Source: Patescibacteria group bacterium
GTDB lineage: Bacteria; Patescibacteriota; Minisyncoccia; Phycocordibacterales; Phycocordibacteraceae
Length of the DNA: 60,061 nucleotides
Assembly: GCA_038062175.1 (NCBI GenBank)
Contig: JBBTXR010000001.1
Coordinates: 75,701-135,761 of the forward strand
Reading direction: 5' to 3'
In this document: one piece after another, positions 51,444 to 60,061 of the stretch
Layout of the letters: each line of letters begins with the position of its first letter
Position numbering within the stretch: the stretch's first letter is position 1
Translations under genes and position numbers: made by a program
Notes under the pieces: generated by a model
Database searches by the model: none
Seen by the model: only the letters and a program-made list of their open reading frames with translations
Told to the model about the DNA's origin: nothing

Positions 51444-52869
51444 TCCGGCGACGTTTACTATTACCGAAGCGGCGAAGAAGCTTCGCGCCAAGGAGCTTAC
51501 TGTGCGTGAGCTCTGGGACGCTTGTCGAGCGGAAGCAGATGCTCGTAACGGCGAGCTTAACGCATACCTCGAGCTCTTTGAGGCAGATGAGGCGGCGATT
51601 AGTGCTTCCCAAAAGCGCATTGATGAGGAAGGAGAGGTAGCGCCAATCCTCTGTGGTATCCCGCTTGCGATGAAGGACAATATTTTGATTGAGGGGAAGA
51701 TCGCAAGCGCTGCGTCGAAGATGCTCTCAAACTACCAGGCGACCTATGACGCAACAGTGACAAAGAAGCTAAAGGAAGCGGGTGCGCTTTTCCTCGGACG
51801 TGTGAACATGGACGAGTTCGCGATGGGGGGATCGACCGAGCACTCGGCATTTGGAAATACACTCAATCCTATCGATCCGACGCGTGTCCCGGGTGGCTCA
51901 TCAGGAGGCTCTGCTGCAGCCGTTGCAGCGAATATGGCGCTTGGCGCGCTTGGAACTGATACCGGTGGTTCCATCAGGCAGCCGGCTGCGCACTGCGGGC
52001 TCGTTGGACTCAAGCCCACCTACGGAGCAGTTTCTCGAAACGGACTGATTGCGCTTGGCTCCTCACTTGATCAGGCAGGACCGATTGCAAAGACTGTAGC
52101 TGATGCGAAGGTTCTCTTTGAAACACTTCGCGGGAAGGATCCGCTTGATGCAACGACGATTGATGACACTACGTACCCGAAGAGGGAAGTAGGAGAGAAG
52201 CTTCGTATCGGTGTGCCGTATCACCTCCTTGCAGAAGGCATTGATCCGGATGTGCGTGCACAGTTTGATGCAACGATCGAGGGGTTGCAAAGTGCAGGAC
52301 ACGAGATTGTGGAAGTATCGCTTCCCACGAGCCTGTACGCTCTTGCGACCTACTACGTCATCATGCCTGCGGAGGCGTCAGCTAACCTGGCGCGCTACGA
52401 CGGCATTCGATACGGACAGTCTGCGTCTGGCGATAACCTGCTTGAGGACTATGTGCAGGCACGTACTGAAGGCTTCGGCGAAGAAACGAAGCGCCGCATT
52501 CTCCTTGGTACTTTCGTACTCTCCTCGGGCTACATCGATGCGTACTATCGCAAGGCAGACGCCGCGAGGAAGGTGCTTGCCGCTGAATATAATGCGGCCT
52601 TTGAGCAGGTCGACGTAATCGCGTTTCCGACCACCCCCGCTCCCGCGTTTAAGTTCGGTGAGAAAAGCGACCCGGTTGCAATGTATCTTGAAGATGTGTT
52701 TACCGTCACCGCTAATCTGACCGGTATGCCTGCAATCTCCGTGCCAATGGGGAAGGTGGAGCGTGACGGTGTATCACTTCCGATCGGCATCCATTTCACG
52801 GCACCCCATGGAGCAGATGATCTTCTGTTTAAAGTGGGCGCGCGGGTGACCGGTGAGACGCTATACTAA
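51436..52869 (+). CDS. gatA: Asp/Glu-tRNA amidotransferase subunit A
   Basis: KDNI, PGGSSGGSA, GTDTGGSIRQPA, NLARYDG. Confidence 0.96.
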   Translation: MTSPATFTITEAAKKLRAKELTVRELWDACRAEADARNGELNAYLELFEADEAAISASQKRIDEEGEVAPILCGIPLAMKDNILIEGKIASAASKMLSNYQATYDATVTKKLKEAGALFLGRVNMDEFAMGGSTEHSAFGNTLNPIDPTRVPGGSSGGSAAAVAANMALGALGTDTGGSIRQPAAHCGLVGLKPTYGAVSRNGLIALGSSLDQAGPIAKTVADAKVLFETLRGKDPLDATTIDDTTYPKREVGEKLRIGVPYHLLAEGIDPDVRAQFDATIEGLQSAGHEIVEVSLPTSLYALATYYVIMPAEASANLARYDGIRYGQSASGDNLLEDYVQARTEGFGEETKRRILLGTFVLSSGYIDAYYRKADAARKVLAAEYNAAFEQVDVIAFPTTPAPAFKFGEKSDPVAMYLEDVFTVTANLTGMPAISVPMGKVERDGVSLPIGIHFTAPHGADDLLFKVGARVTGETLY

Positions 52870-52874
52870 AAGGA

Positions 52875-53471
52875 ATGGAAGGAGACTCCTCGATCCATTT
52901 CCTTAACCTCTCGTATTTTTTCCGCATCATTTACGACCTCCTTACTGGAGGACGAGTAGTGACAGGGGAAAATGTATGGGCCGATCTCCTCGCTCTGGCA
53001 GCGAGTATCTGGGTGGTGATTACCATCCTCTCGTTTTTGATCTCACTTGCAGCGCTTGCGGTACTTATTCATTCCACCGTGCGCATGCTCGATGCTAAGC
53101 GTAGAGAGGCACCGTTGTATGCTACGCAGCATCCGGCAGTTGCTGAGACACGAAGAGACCATAATCGCTGGAACCATATCATGACGCTCATCGAGAGTGC
53201 ACATGAAAATGACTGGCGGCAGGCGATCATCGAGGCCGACATCATGCTCGACGATCTTCTCTCGCAGCTTGGGTACCACGGCATCGGGGTGGGGGAGAAA
53301 CTTCGAGCGGTTGATCCCGCTCGTTTCCGGACACTGCAAAATGCCTGGGAAGCACACAAGATCAGGAATGAGATTGCGCACCAAGGCTCAGCCTTTCCAC
53401 TCACTGATCATGTGGCGTATCGAACCATCCATAATTATGAGGCAGTGATGCGCGAGCATGGAGAAATCTAG
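52875..53471 (+). CDS. Membrane protein with a HEPN/DUF4145-like C-terminal domain
   Basis: TM helix; AIIEADIMLD and HKIRNEIAH (R-x4-H). Confidence 0.7.
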   Translation: MEGDSSIHFLNLSYFFRIIYDLLTGGRVVTGENVWADLLALAASIWVVITILSFLISLAALAVLIHSTVRMLDAKRREAPLYATQHPAVAETRRDHNRWNHIMTLIESAHENDWRQAIIEADIMLDDLLSQLGYHGIGVGEKLRAVDPARFRTLQNAWEAHKIRNEIAHQGSAFPLTDHVAYRTIHNYEAVMREHGEI

Positions 53472-53510
53472 GTTGCGAAGTTACGCAAAATCGCGTATAA
53501 CGTTCGAGAT

Positions 53511-53581
53511 AGCGGGGTAGAGGAGAGGTACCTCGGGAGGCTCATAACCTCCAGACGCCAGTTCGATTCTGGCCCCCGCAA
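53511..53581 (+). tRNA. tRNA-Met(CAU), initiator-like
   Basis: A1xA72 mismatch, A11:U24, GGAGG-CT CAT AA-CCTCC. Confidence 0.88.
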
Positions 53582-53588
53582 CACGATA

Positions 53589-53618
53589 CACAACACCCGG
53601 CCTTGGTCGGGTGTTGTG
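53589..53618 (+). terminator. Hairpin after the tRNA
   Basis: CACAACACCCGGCC-tt-GGTCGGGTGTTGTG. Confidence 0.7.
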
Positions 53619-53647
53619 CCGTGCTGGGGTACAATACGCATTAATCT

Positions 53648-54613
53648 ATGAGCCTTGCGACCTCGATCGGCATCTTCTTGCTCTCACTCTCCGTGCTCTG
53701 GTTTTTTGCCGGGCTTCTTCTTGATTCGGTGGGAAGGCTTGCGTCGAGACTCTGCCGCTCCGGATTCGGTACTGCGTTCTTCGTGCTCGGCATCCTTACC
53801 TCTATCAGTGAGGTGGCGGTTGCGATTAATGCGGGCGTGACCGGGGTACCGGGTGTGTCCGCCGGGAATCTTGCTGGAGCTTCGTTTGTGATACTTCTCC
53901 TCATCGTGCCACTCCTTGCGGTTGCTGGCGGCGGCATGTCGATTAAGGGACTCGTCTCAAAGCAGACTCTTGCGTTTACTCTGCTCGTCATTTTGATCCC
54001 GGTACTACTTCTGGCGGACGGACGGGTGACAATGATCGAGGGCGGGTTTGCGATCCTTGCGTATCTTGCGCTTGCATACTCAATCCATAATCGGCCGGAG
54101 GGGCAGGTCTCAAATGTCTGTATTCCGGAGACAGGGGGACGCAGGGAACTCTATATCGATATCGCCAAGATTCTGGTTGGGGCTGCGGCAGTATTCATTG
54201 CCTCACATTTCCTTGTCCTGGAGAGTGTTGCAGTTGCAACCCACCTCAGCGTTCCTGCATCGCTTTTTGGACTTATCCTTCTTTCAATTGGCACCAATAT
54301 TCCTGAGATCGTAATTGCGATCCGTGCAGTACTTGCGAGGAACAAAGATATTGCGTTCGGTGACTACCTTGGTTCAGCGGCGGCAAATGTACCTATCTTT
54401 GGCGCACTCGCTCTTTTCACGGGCGGGTTTGTTGTTGAATCAAGTCAGTTCGTTGGTACGGCACTTCTCATGTTTGCAGGATTCGTACTCTTTTACTTCT
54501 TCGCGCGATCGCGCTCCGAGCTTACCAGAAGGGAGGGTATCGTGCTTCTCCTCTTCTATGCGGGTTTCATTCTCGTACAGGTGGTGAATCTGATCCGATT
54601 TGCAGCGGCCTAA
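53648..54613 (+). CDS. Sodium/calcium antiporter (CaCA, YrbG-like)
   Basis: Two alpha repeats, LTSISE..GNLAGAS and GTNIPE..GDYLGS; about 10 TM helices. Confidence 0.88.
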   Translation: MSLATSIGIFLLSLSVLWFFAGLLLDSVGRLASRLCRSGFGTAFFVLGILTSISEVAVAINAGVTGVPGVSAGNLAGASFVILLLIVPLLAVAGGGMSIKGLVSKQTLAFTLLVILIPVLLLADGRVTMIEGGFAILAYLALAYSIHNRPEGQVSNVCIPETGGRRELYIDIAKILVGAAAVFIASHFLVLESVAVATHLSVPASLFGLILLSIGTNIPEIVIAIRAVLARNKDIAFGDYLGSAAANVPIFGALALFTGGFVVESSQFVGTALLMFAGFVLFYFFARSRSELTRREGIVLLLFYAGFILVQVVNLIRFAAA

Positions 54614-56601
54614 CGGGTAGGTCTAAGCGGGAGGTATATATGTACGCTCGTGCCGCTTCCCTCTACACTCTCGATTGAGAGGCGACCCCCATGCTGCTCG
54701 ATAATGCGTTTTGATATGGGAAGTCCAAGTCCGTTGCCACTTGGAAGCATTGAGGTATCACTGCTTCGGTAGAAACGATCAAATATGCGAGGAAGATCTT
54801 CTGATGATATGCCTCGACCGGTATCGCTGATGCGTAGATGGACCTCGTCATTCATCTGAGTAAGTGAAAGGGAGATTCGCCGTTCACCCTCGTCTCTCAG
54901 ATACTTAACGGCATTACTAGCGATATTGAGGATCGCCTCACGAAGTCTCCGTGCGTCTCCCAAAACGGATAGGCGAGGTGCAATCGTTGTCTTGATTACT
55001 ACGTGCTTGCTCCCTGCGATCACGGTCAGTTCCTCAGCGATCTCGTCAACGAGTTCAGAGAGTGACACCATGTCTTGCGTACTGGGCTCTTCGCTCTCGA
55101 GTTTCGCAAGTGAAAGTAGGTCATAAATGAATCCCGAGAGTCGTTTCAGGGGGAGAGAAAGCGAACGTGCATCCTCACCAGTGAGCTTTGCCGGGGTCAG
55201 TTGATCAAGGCGCGTCTGTATGACGGTGAGTGGTGTTTGGAGGTTGTGTGATAGGTCAACGAGCATCCGTCGCTCATGTTCCTGTGCGCTACGAAGCTCT
55301 CGAGTTCGTTCCTCGACCGTGCGAGCAAGTTCATCAGCATGTTGTTTAGTTTGCTCGTAGAGGCGTGCTCGCGAGAATGCGGTCGCTGCCTGGGAGGCAA
55401 AGGTTTCAAGGAGCTGGATGTCACGACGCTCATAGGGGGTATTTGTACGTCGGTTTCCGACGACGATGATACCGATTTCCTCCTCATTGAGATGGATAGG
55501 AACAGTAAGGGTGCCGCAACCAAGAAAGGAGGTCGCTCCGTGCTGCTCCTCTGGAATGCGTGAACGTAGTGCAATACGAACGAATTCAGCATGAAGGTAC
55601 TCGGCAAGACACTGCTCCGCTTTGGTTTGAAGTTCATTGAATTCGAGATGGGTATAGAGGATGTTGCTCAACGTTTGCACTGCCTCTGCATAATCGTAGC
55701 TCTCCTTGAAGAAGAGTGGATCGGTAAGGCGTGAAAGTGTCTCCTTCAAGAGCGGAAATCCGACAATGCCGAGGATGAGGGTAATGGCTGCGCTAAGGTA
55801 GATAGCATCAACCGATGGCTCATGAAGCGTAAAAAGAGACACAAGGACTGCGTAGAATATGACAATAGCGATCAAGGAAGACAGGTACACGAGACTATTC
55901 TTAAGGACGAAGCGTATATCCAGGAAGTTGTGTCGGACAATCGTATATACCGTCATGCCGACCATGAGGATGGAGAAGAGTGGTCCGATCTTCGAGAGAT
56001 TTACGAATGCCGGAATGAAGAAGGGGAGGACTGCGCCCACTATGACCACGCAGGCGATAAAGGAGAACCAGCCAAGCACCACAAACGAGATCTGGTCACG
56101 GGCGGGTGACAAACTCCTTCGTTTCTTTAGGATGAGTTCCGTAATACCGCCACTAACACCAACGAGCGCCGTAATACTGAAGAGTAGATAGAGTGGTCCA
56201 AATTCAAGCGCGGCAAGTCCTGCAGGACCGAGTGTTGCCGAGACGAAGACAAGGTCAGTTGTCAGTGTAAAGAATATGATGAGTCCCGCTATCGCGTGAG
56301 TGAATGGTAGGAGTCGGGTAAGGATGGATTCCCGTGAGAATGGAAAGCGATGAGAGAATTCAAGAAACAGGGCGATAAAGCCAAAGGTGATGGCGTAGAA
56401 GATCTTGAGCCAGAGAAGGGATGCGGCATCAGTTGTGCTCGTATCGATACGAAAATTTGCATACGACCAAACGATGATGAGTGCAATCATCACCATGAAA
56501 ATACGAGAACTCGATGTCTGGGGGTGATGGCGCACCACCATCACACCGAGTATTGCGTTTATGAGAATGGTGATGGTGACGACCGCGAGGTCAAGAGTCA
56601 T
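54610..56601 (-). CDS. Sensor histidine kinase: N-terminal 7TM-type sensor, GAF-like domain, HisKA, HATPase
   Basis: About 9 TM helices; IQLLETFASQAA; SHNLQTPL; NAVKY, DTGRG, IFDRFYR, GNGLGL. Confidence 0.92.
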   Translation of the reverse strand: MTLDLAVVTITILINAILGVMVVRHHPQTSSSRIFMVMIALIIVWSYANFRIDTSTTDAASLLWLKIFYAITFGFIALFLEFSHRFPFSRESILTRLLPFTHAIAGLIIFFTLTTDLVFVSATLGPAGLAALEFGPLYLLFSITALVGVSGGITELILKKRRSLSPARDQISFVVLGWFSFIACVVIVGAVLPFFIPAFVNLSKIGPLFSILMVGMTVYTIVRHNFLDIRFVLKNSLVYLSSLIAIVIFYAVLVSLFTLHEPSVDAIYLSAAITLILGIVGFPLLKETLSRLTDPLFFKESYDYAEAVQTLSNILYTHLEFNELQTKAEQCLAEYLHAEFVRIALRSRIPEEQHGATSFLGCGTLTVPIHLNEEEIGIIVVGNRRTNTPYERRDIQLLETFASQAATAFSRARLYEQTKQHADELARTVEERTRELRSAQEHERRMLVDLSHNLQTPLTVIQTRLDQLTPAKLTGEDARSLSLPLKRLSGFIYDLLSLAKLESEEPSTQDMVSLSELVDEIAEELTVIAGSKHVVIKTTIAPRLSVLGDARRLREAILNIASNAVKYLRDEGERRISLSLTQMNDEVHLRISDTGRGISSEDLPRIFDRFYRSSDTSMLPSGNGLGLPISKRIIEQHGGRLSIESVEGSGTSVHIYLPLRPTR

Positions 56602-56617
56602 AGAGATATTGTAGAGG

Positions 56618-56648
56618 ATGGGCGGTACCCGAGGAGGATACCGCCCAT
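56618..56648 (-). terminator. Hairpin between the synthase pair and the kinase
   Basis: ATGGGCGGTA...TACCGCCCAT, 10-bp stem. Confidence 0.55.
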
Positions 56649-56652
56649 TACG

Positions 56653-57279
56653 CTAAAATCCAGCTCGTGTTCGATAATAGAGATACAGTAGAGGATCGCT
56701 CTTTTCGAGCATGTCTTCGAATTCGCTCAGAAAGATGACCGTTGGGACGATATACCCGCCCGCATACCACCGCCTGTTTCCGAGGGGACGTTGAATGCTC
56801 TGAAAGAGCCGATTCACCGACGTATGGAGGGCGGGGCTTACGAGCGCAAGAAGTCCAGTACACCCCTGCTCTCGTATGATGCACATCGATTCGATCACTG
56901 CTTCACATGCAATGTATTCAGTTGGTGTGCGGTCGTGGTGCGATCTTTTCGTCTTTCGTGAGGCCAATCGAGTTGTCTCGCAGAAGTGGACTATATCGAT
57001 TGGTAGAGCGATATCCGGACAGATACGTGAGAAGGGAAACGGCGGTTTTGTTAGAACACGGAACGTTCCTTCGATTGCATCGGTTGGTCCCCGCACAAGG
57101 CAGTAGATCGCCGTCGAGTTGTCATATCCATCGATGAGCTCTGCGGGAGCGGACTCGGTCGTAAGATAGCCTTCCTTTTTATACACCGACAAGGTGAGGG
57201 TGAGATGGGTCTGGAACGCCGCTGACCCGAATGGTGCTCGTTCGATTCGATAGTGAGAGGTATATTCGGTCTCATGCAT
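56653..57279 (-). CDS. FeeM/LuxI-like GNAT-fold N-acyl amino acid (or acyl-HSL) synthase
   Basis: VYKKEGY, DGYD, GTFRVL and FCETTRLA (E-x-x-RL) motifs of the NAS/AHL-synthase fold. Confidence 0.7.
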   Translation of the reverse strand: MHETEYTSHYRIERAPFGSAAFQTHLTLTLSVYKKEGYLTTESAPAELIDGYDNSTAIYCLVRGPTDAIEGTFRVLTKPPFPFSRICPDIALPIDIVHFCETTRLASRKTKRSHHDRTPTEYIACEAVIESMCIIREQGCTGLLALVSPALHTSVNRLFQSIQRPLGNRRWYAGGYIVPTVIFLSEFEDMLEKSDPLLYLYYRTRAGF

Positions 57280-58279
57280 ACTTTGTTCCTACCACTACTG
57301 AACGTGTTGGGACGATGGTAATCGTAAACCGGAGCGCATCAATAACTACATAGCCAGGAGCGGCCGGAAGCGTGGCCACACTCCTTAGTGCAGATCGCGA
57401 ATCATCTGCAAGAAGGCGCAGCAGCGCACGATCTGCGACTAATCCCGCTGCAAGCGGAGGATTGGTCGCAAGGATTGGGGCCTTACCCTCTTCTTGCAAT
57501 CGGCGAAGCACAAAGGCATTGCGCTCCATGCTGCCTGGGCCGGTGAAATACTGTGGTAGATCAGGAACGAAGACTGCCAGGACGGCCTGCATGACCCGAT
57601 CACGCTTGCTCTGCGAAGCGGTGCGATTGACGAAATGGTGCTCAAGCGCGAGCGCTTCCTTGCGCGAGAAGCCGAGCATGGTCTCAACTGCCATGCTTTC
57701 TGGCTCGAAGAGATGTAGGTAGCTTGCGAATCCAACGGTCAGTCCATTTACAATCGGAATACCTTGTGTACGTGCCGCCTGATGTAAGACAATGCAGGAG
57801 CCGACATTCCAGAATTCGATCTCGTCGATGATGAGATCGCATCCGTCGACAAAGGACTCCACTGTATGTTCGGTGAGTCCCTGGGGGTACACGACGATCG
57901 TTGTATCGTCACTGATTGCCCGAAGCATGTGAGCTGTGGCAAATGCCTTTGATTGACCAACGGTATCCCTGCGCGCTGCAAATTGCCGATTGATATTCGA
58001 AACTTCGAATACTTCGGGGTCTGCGATGCGGATCTCGCCAACGCCAAGGCGAAGAAAGATCTGGGCAATTGCAGCACCCATCCCGCCGCAGCCCGCGATT
58101 CCGACCACCTTGTCGAGTAGGGCATATTGCTCGGCCTCGGTGATCCACGGGATATTACGATCGGTTCGCTCAGCGTAGTACAACGGATTAGGGTCTTTGG
58201 GTTCGAGTCGGTAGATCTGCGCGGTATCCGGATGGATAGGCAGTTCGGTGAGACTCACAACCCCGGGGGAGGTATGCAC
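57272..58279 (-). CDS. ThiF/MoeB-family adenylyltransferase
   Basis: RNIPWITEAEQ, IAGCGGMG, DPEVFEVSNINRQ, GQSKA; GTG start with AAAGGAG RBS; overlaps the downstream gene. Confidence 0.9.
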   Translation of the reverse strand: MHTSPGVVSLTELPIHPDTAQIYRLEPKDPNPLYYAERTDRNIPWITEAEQYALLDKVVGIAGCGGMGAAIAQIFLRLGVGEIRIADPEVFEVSNINRQFAARRDTVGQSKAFATAHMLRAISDDTTIVVYPQGLTEHTVESFVDGCDLIIDEIEFWNVGSCIVLHQAARTQGIPIVNGLTVGFASYLHLFEPESMAVETMLGFSRKEALALEHHFVNRTASQSKRDRVMQAVLAVFVPDLPQYFTGPGSMERNAFVLRRLQEEGKAPILATNPPLAAGLVADRALLRLLADDSRSALRSVATLPAAPGYVVIDALRFTITIVPTRSVVVGTKYA

Positions 58280-58322
58280 TTGGAACTCCTTTCATTACAA
58301 GGAACTAGGGGAACTGCTTTCT

Positions 58323-58366
58323 AGAGTAGTAATTAAATATGAAATTTTCCTCGAGAAATTATGAAG
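58323..58366 (-). promoter_or_regulatory. Candidate OmpR-type direct-repeat site and -10 upstream of thiF
   Basis: TTCATA twice, 22 bp apart (58360-65 and 58338-43), then TACTCT; no -35. Confidence 0.4.
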
Positions 58367-58373
58367 AAAAGCT

Positions 58374-59042
58374 CTAGACACTCATCCGGTATCCACGACC
58401 TGAGACGGTCTGAATGAGACGATTACGTCCCCGATCACCGATCTTTCGACGAAGCGACATAACATGCGATTCAATAGTATTGGAAAAGATATCAACGTTC
58501 ATATCCCAGACATGCTCAAGGATCATTCCTCGTGAAAGCACGATACCGGCGTTCCGCATCATGTACTGCAGGAGCATGAACTCCTTGCGAGTGAGGTGAA
58601 GCTCCTTTGATCCTTTATGTACCGTACCGGCTTTTGAGTCGAGCACGATGTCCTCGACATGGAGCACGTCGCCCTCAAGTTCGGGCGGACGACGAAGGAG
58701 TGCGCGCACGCGTGCCATAAGTTCCTCAAGCGCAAAGGGCTTAGTGAGATAGTCATCGGCACCCGCATCCAGTAGATCTACCTTATCGAAGGTGCCGGTT
58801 CGGACCGAGACGATGAGGATGGGTACGTTCTTGCCAGCGTCGCGAATATCACGGCAGACCTGTGCACCCTCTTTCTTTGGAAGGAGGTTATCAAGAACGA
58901 TGAGGTCATAGTCGTTAATGCGTGCGAAGTAGGAACCCTGCTCACCATCAGTTACCACATCAACAGCAAAGTACTCCGCCTCAAACGATTCTTTTAGAAA
59001 TGTGGCAATTTTTTGCTCATCCTCGACAACTAAAATTCTCAT
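58374..59042 (-). CDS. OmpR/PhoB-family response regulator
   Basis: VVEDE, VLDNLLP, GADDYLTKPF, winged helix (LTRKEF, IQTVSGRGY). Confidence 0.95.
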   Translation of the reverse strand: MRILVVEDEQKIATFLKESFEAEYFAVDVVTDGEQGSYFARINDYDLIVLDNLLPKKEGAQVCRDIRDAGKNVPILIVSVRTGTFDKVDLLDAGADDYLTKPFALEELMARVRALLRRPPELEGDVLHVEDIVLDSKAGTVHKGSKELHLTRKEFMLLQYMMRNAGIVLSRGMILEHVWDMNVDIFSNTIESHVMSLRRKIGDRGRNRLIQTVSGRGYRMSV

Positions 59043-59168
59043 GGTGTACCGTTATTGTAGCAAGGGTGCTGGAATCGTACCCCTTGCACTTGGGTAAAAC
59101 AATGTTAGAACTTCAGCTTCTCACTATCTCATTTTCAGAATTATTTTATCTTCGCTATGATGCCCTGT

Positions 59169-59861
59169 ATGCAGGCAGTTATTCTCGCTTCCGGTCGCGG
59201 CACTCGTATGGGTGCGCTTACCGATATGGTACCCAAGCCCATGCTCCGCGTGGCAGGGAAGACGCTTATCGATCACAAACTCGATGCACTCCCTCCCGAG
59301 ATTGATGAGGTAATCATAGTCATTGGGTATCTTGGAGAGGTCATACGAGAGCATTATGGCGATTCTCATGCTGGCAGGCGTATCCGCTATGTGCAGCAGA
59401 TAGAAATTAACGGTACCGCGTCCGCTCTCTGGCTTGCGCGCCCACTTCTCTCGGGCAAGTTCCTCGTACTCATGGGAGATGACATCTATCCTCAAGAAGA
59501 TATCGAACGCTGTATAGCAACTGATGACTGGTCTGTACTTATCGAACGTACGGATACGATGGCGCAGGGAGGAAGTATGGTGGTTAGCGAGGAGGGGTTC
59601 GTGCTCGGTATTGAAGAGGGAGATCATCGTGGGAAGCCGGGCATCATGAATACGAATATGTTCGTGCTTGATGAGCGCGTATTTGCGCAGGAGCCGATTC
59701 CAAAGGCACTGGGGAGCGATGAGTACGGCCTCCCGCAGACGGTGGTTGAAGCATCGAAGCGTTTCGGGATCCCGCTTCACGCGATTGACGCAACTTCTTG
59801 GATTCAGATCACTACTCCTGAAGACCTTGAGCGGGCAGAGAAGCTACTCCGGACGCGTTGA
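59169..59861 (+). CDS. Sugar-phosphate nucleotidyltransferase (NTP_transferase family)
   Basis: AVILASGRGTRM, PKPML, LMGDD. Confidence 0.88.
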   Translation: MQAVILASGRGTRMGALTDMVPKPMLRVAGKTLIDHKLDALPPEIDEVIIVIGYLGEVIREHYGDSHAGRRIRYVQQIEINGTASALWLARPLLSGKFLVLMGDDIYPQEDIERCIATDDWSVLIERTDTMAQGGSMVVSEEGFVLGIEEGDHRGKPGIMNTNMFVLDERVFAQEPIPKALGSDEYGLPQTVVEASKRFGIPLHAIDATSWIQITTPEDLERAEKLLRTR

Positions 59862-59895
59862 AGCAAAGCCTGCTTCATAGTAAGGTGCTTCTATT

Positions 59896-59970
59896 GCCGG
59901 CGTAGTTCAAGAGTTAGAACGAGGGACTCATAAACCCTAGACGGTGGCGCGACTCCACCCGCCGGCACCA
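59896..59970 (+). tRNA. tRNA-Met(CAU), elongator-like, atypical loops
   Basis: GCCGGCG/CGCCGGC-A-CCA; CT CAT AA loop; T-loop CGCGACT. Confidence 0.82.
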
Positions 59971-60061
59971 AAATCCCTTCAGGAATATTTTATCTGCGTG
60001 CGCTACGGTAGTCGGGTGCCAATACCTAGAACGCTCAATCAAGACTTCTTTAAAACCTGGA

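Noticed and set aside
57272-58279. ThiF as a thiamine/Moco, RiPP or CBASS E1 enzyme
   Set aside because: No ThiS/MoaD, precursor peptide, JAB or cyclase gene nearby; its coupled partner is an N-acyltransferase
53511-59970. Two CAU tRNAs as att sites bounding an island
   Set aside because: Their sequences differ throughout (initiator-like vs elongator-like); no duplicated 3' end or integrase seen

Overview
About 60 kb of a bacterial chromosome that looks like a Patescibacteria/CPR (Parcubacteria-like) genome. Supporting signs are the absence of rpmD/uL30 between rpsE and rplO, long ribosomal-protein tails, a CPR-type pil locus and small orphan membrane proteins; TGA is used as a stop (code 11). 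The window holds a fragmented S10-spc ribosomal cluster (rpsS to secY, then gmk, adk, map, ndk), infC-rpmI-rplT, smpB and tmRNA, ftsH, recG, a cell-wall amidase, malic enzyme, comF beside a complete type IV pilus locus with a near-perfect tandem duplication of the major pilin, ligA, gatCA and four tRNAs. The main finds: (1) a four-gene synthase-plus-sensor module at 54610-59042 (ThiF adenylyltransferase, FeeM/LuxI-like N-acyltransferase, 7TM-GAF histidine kinase, OmpR regulator) with an autoinduction-like layout; (2) an unannotated ~140-nt rod-shaped RNA at 13821-13959 with 6S-RNA architecture, its own extended -10 and a downstream hairpin; (3) tRNA-Ile(UAU) and two atypical CAU tRNAs; (4) widespread leaderless promoter architecture; (5) a long tmRNA tag with a duplicated degron; (6) repeated loss of zinc-binding cysteines. 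All calls come from reading motifs by eye; no database search or folding program was run.
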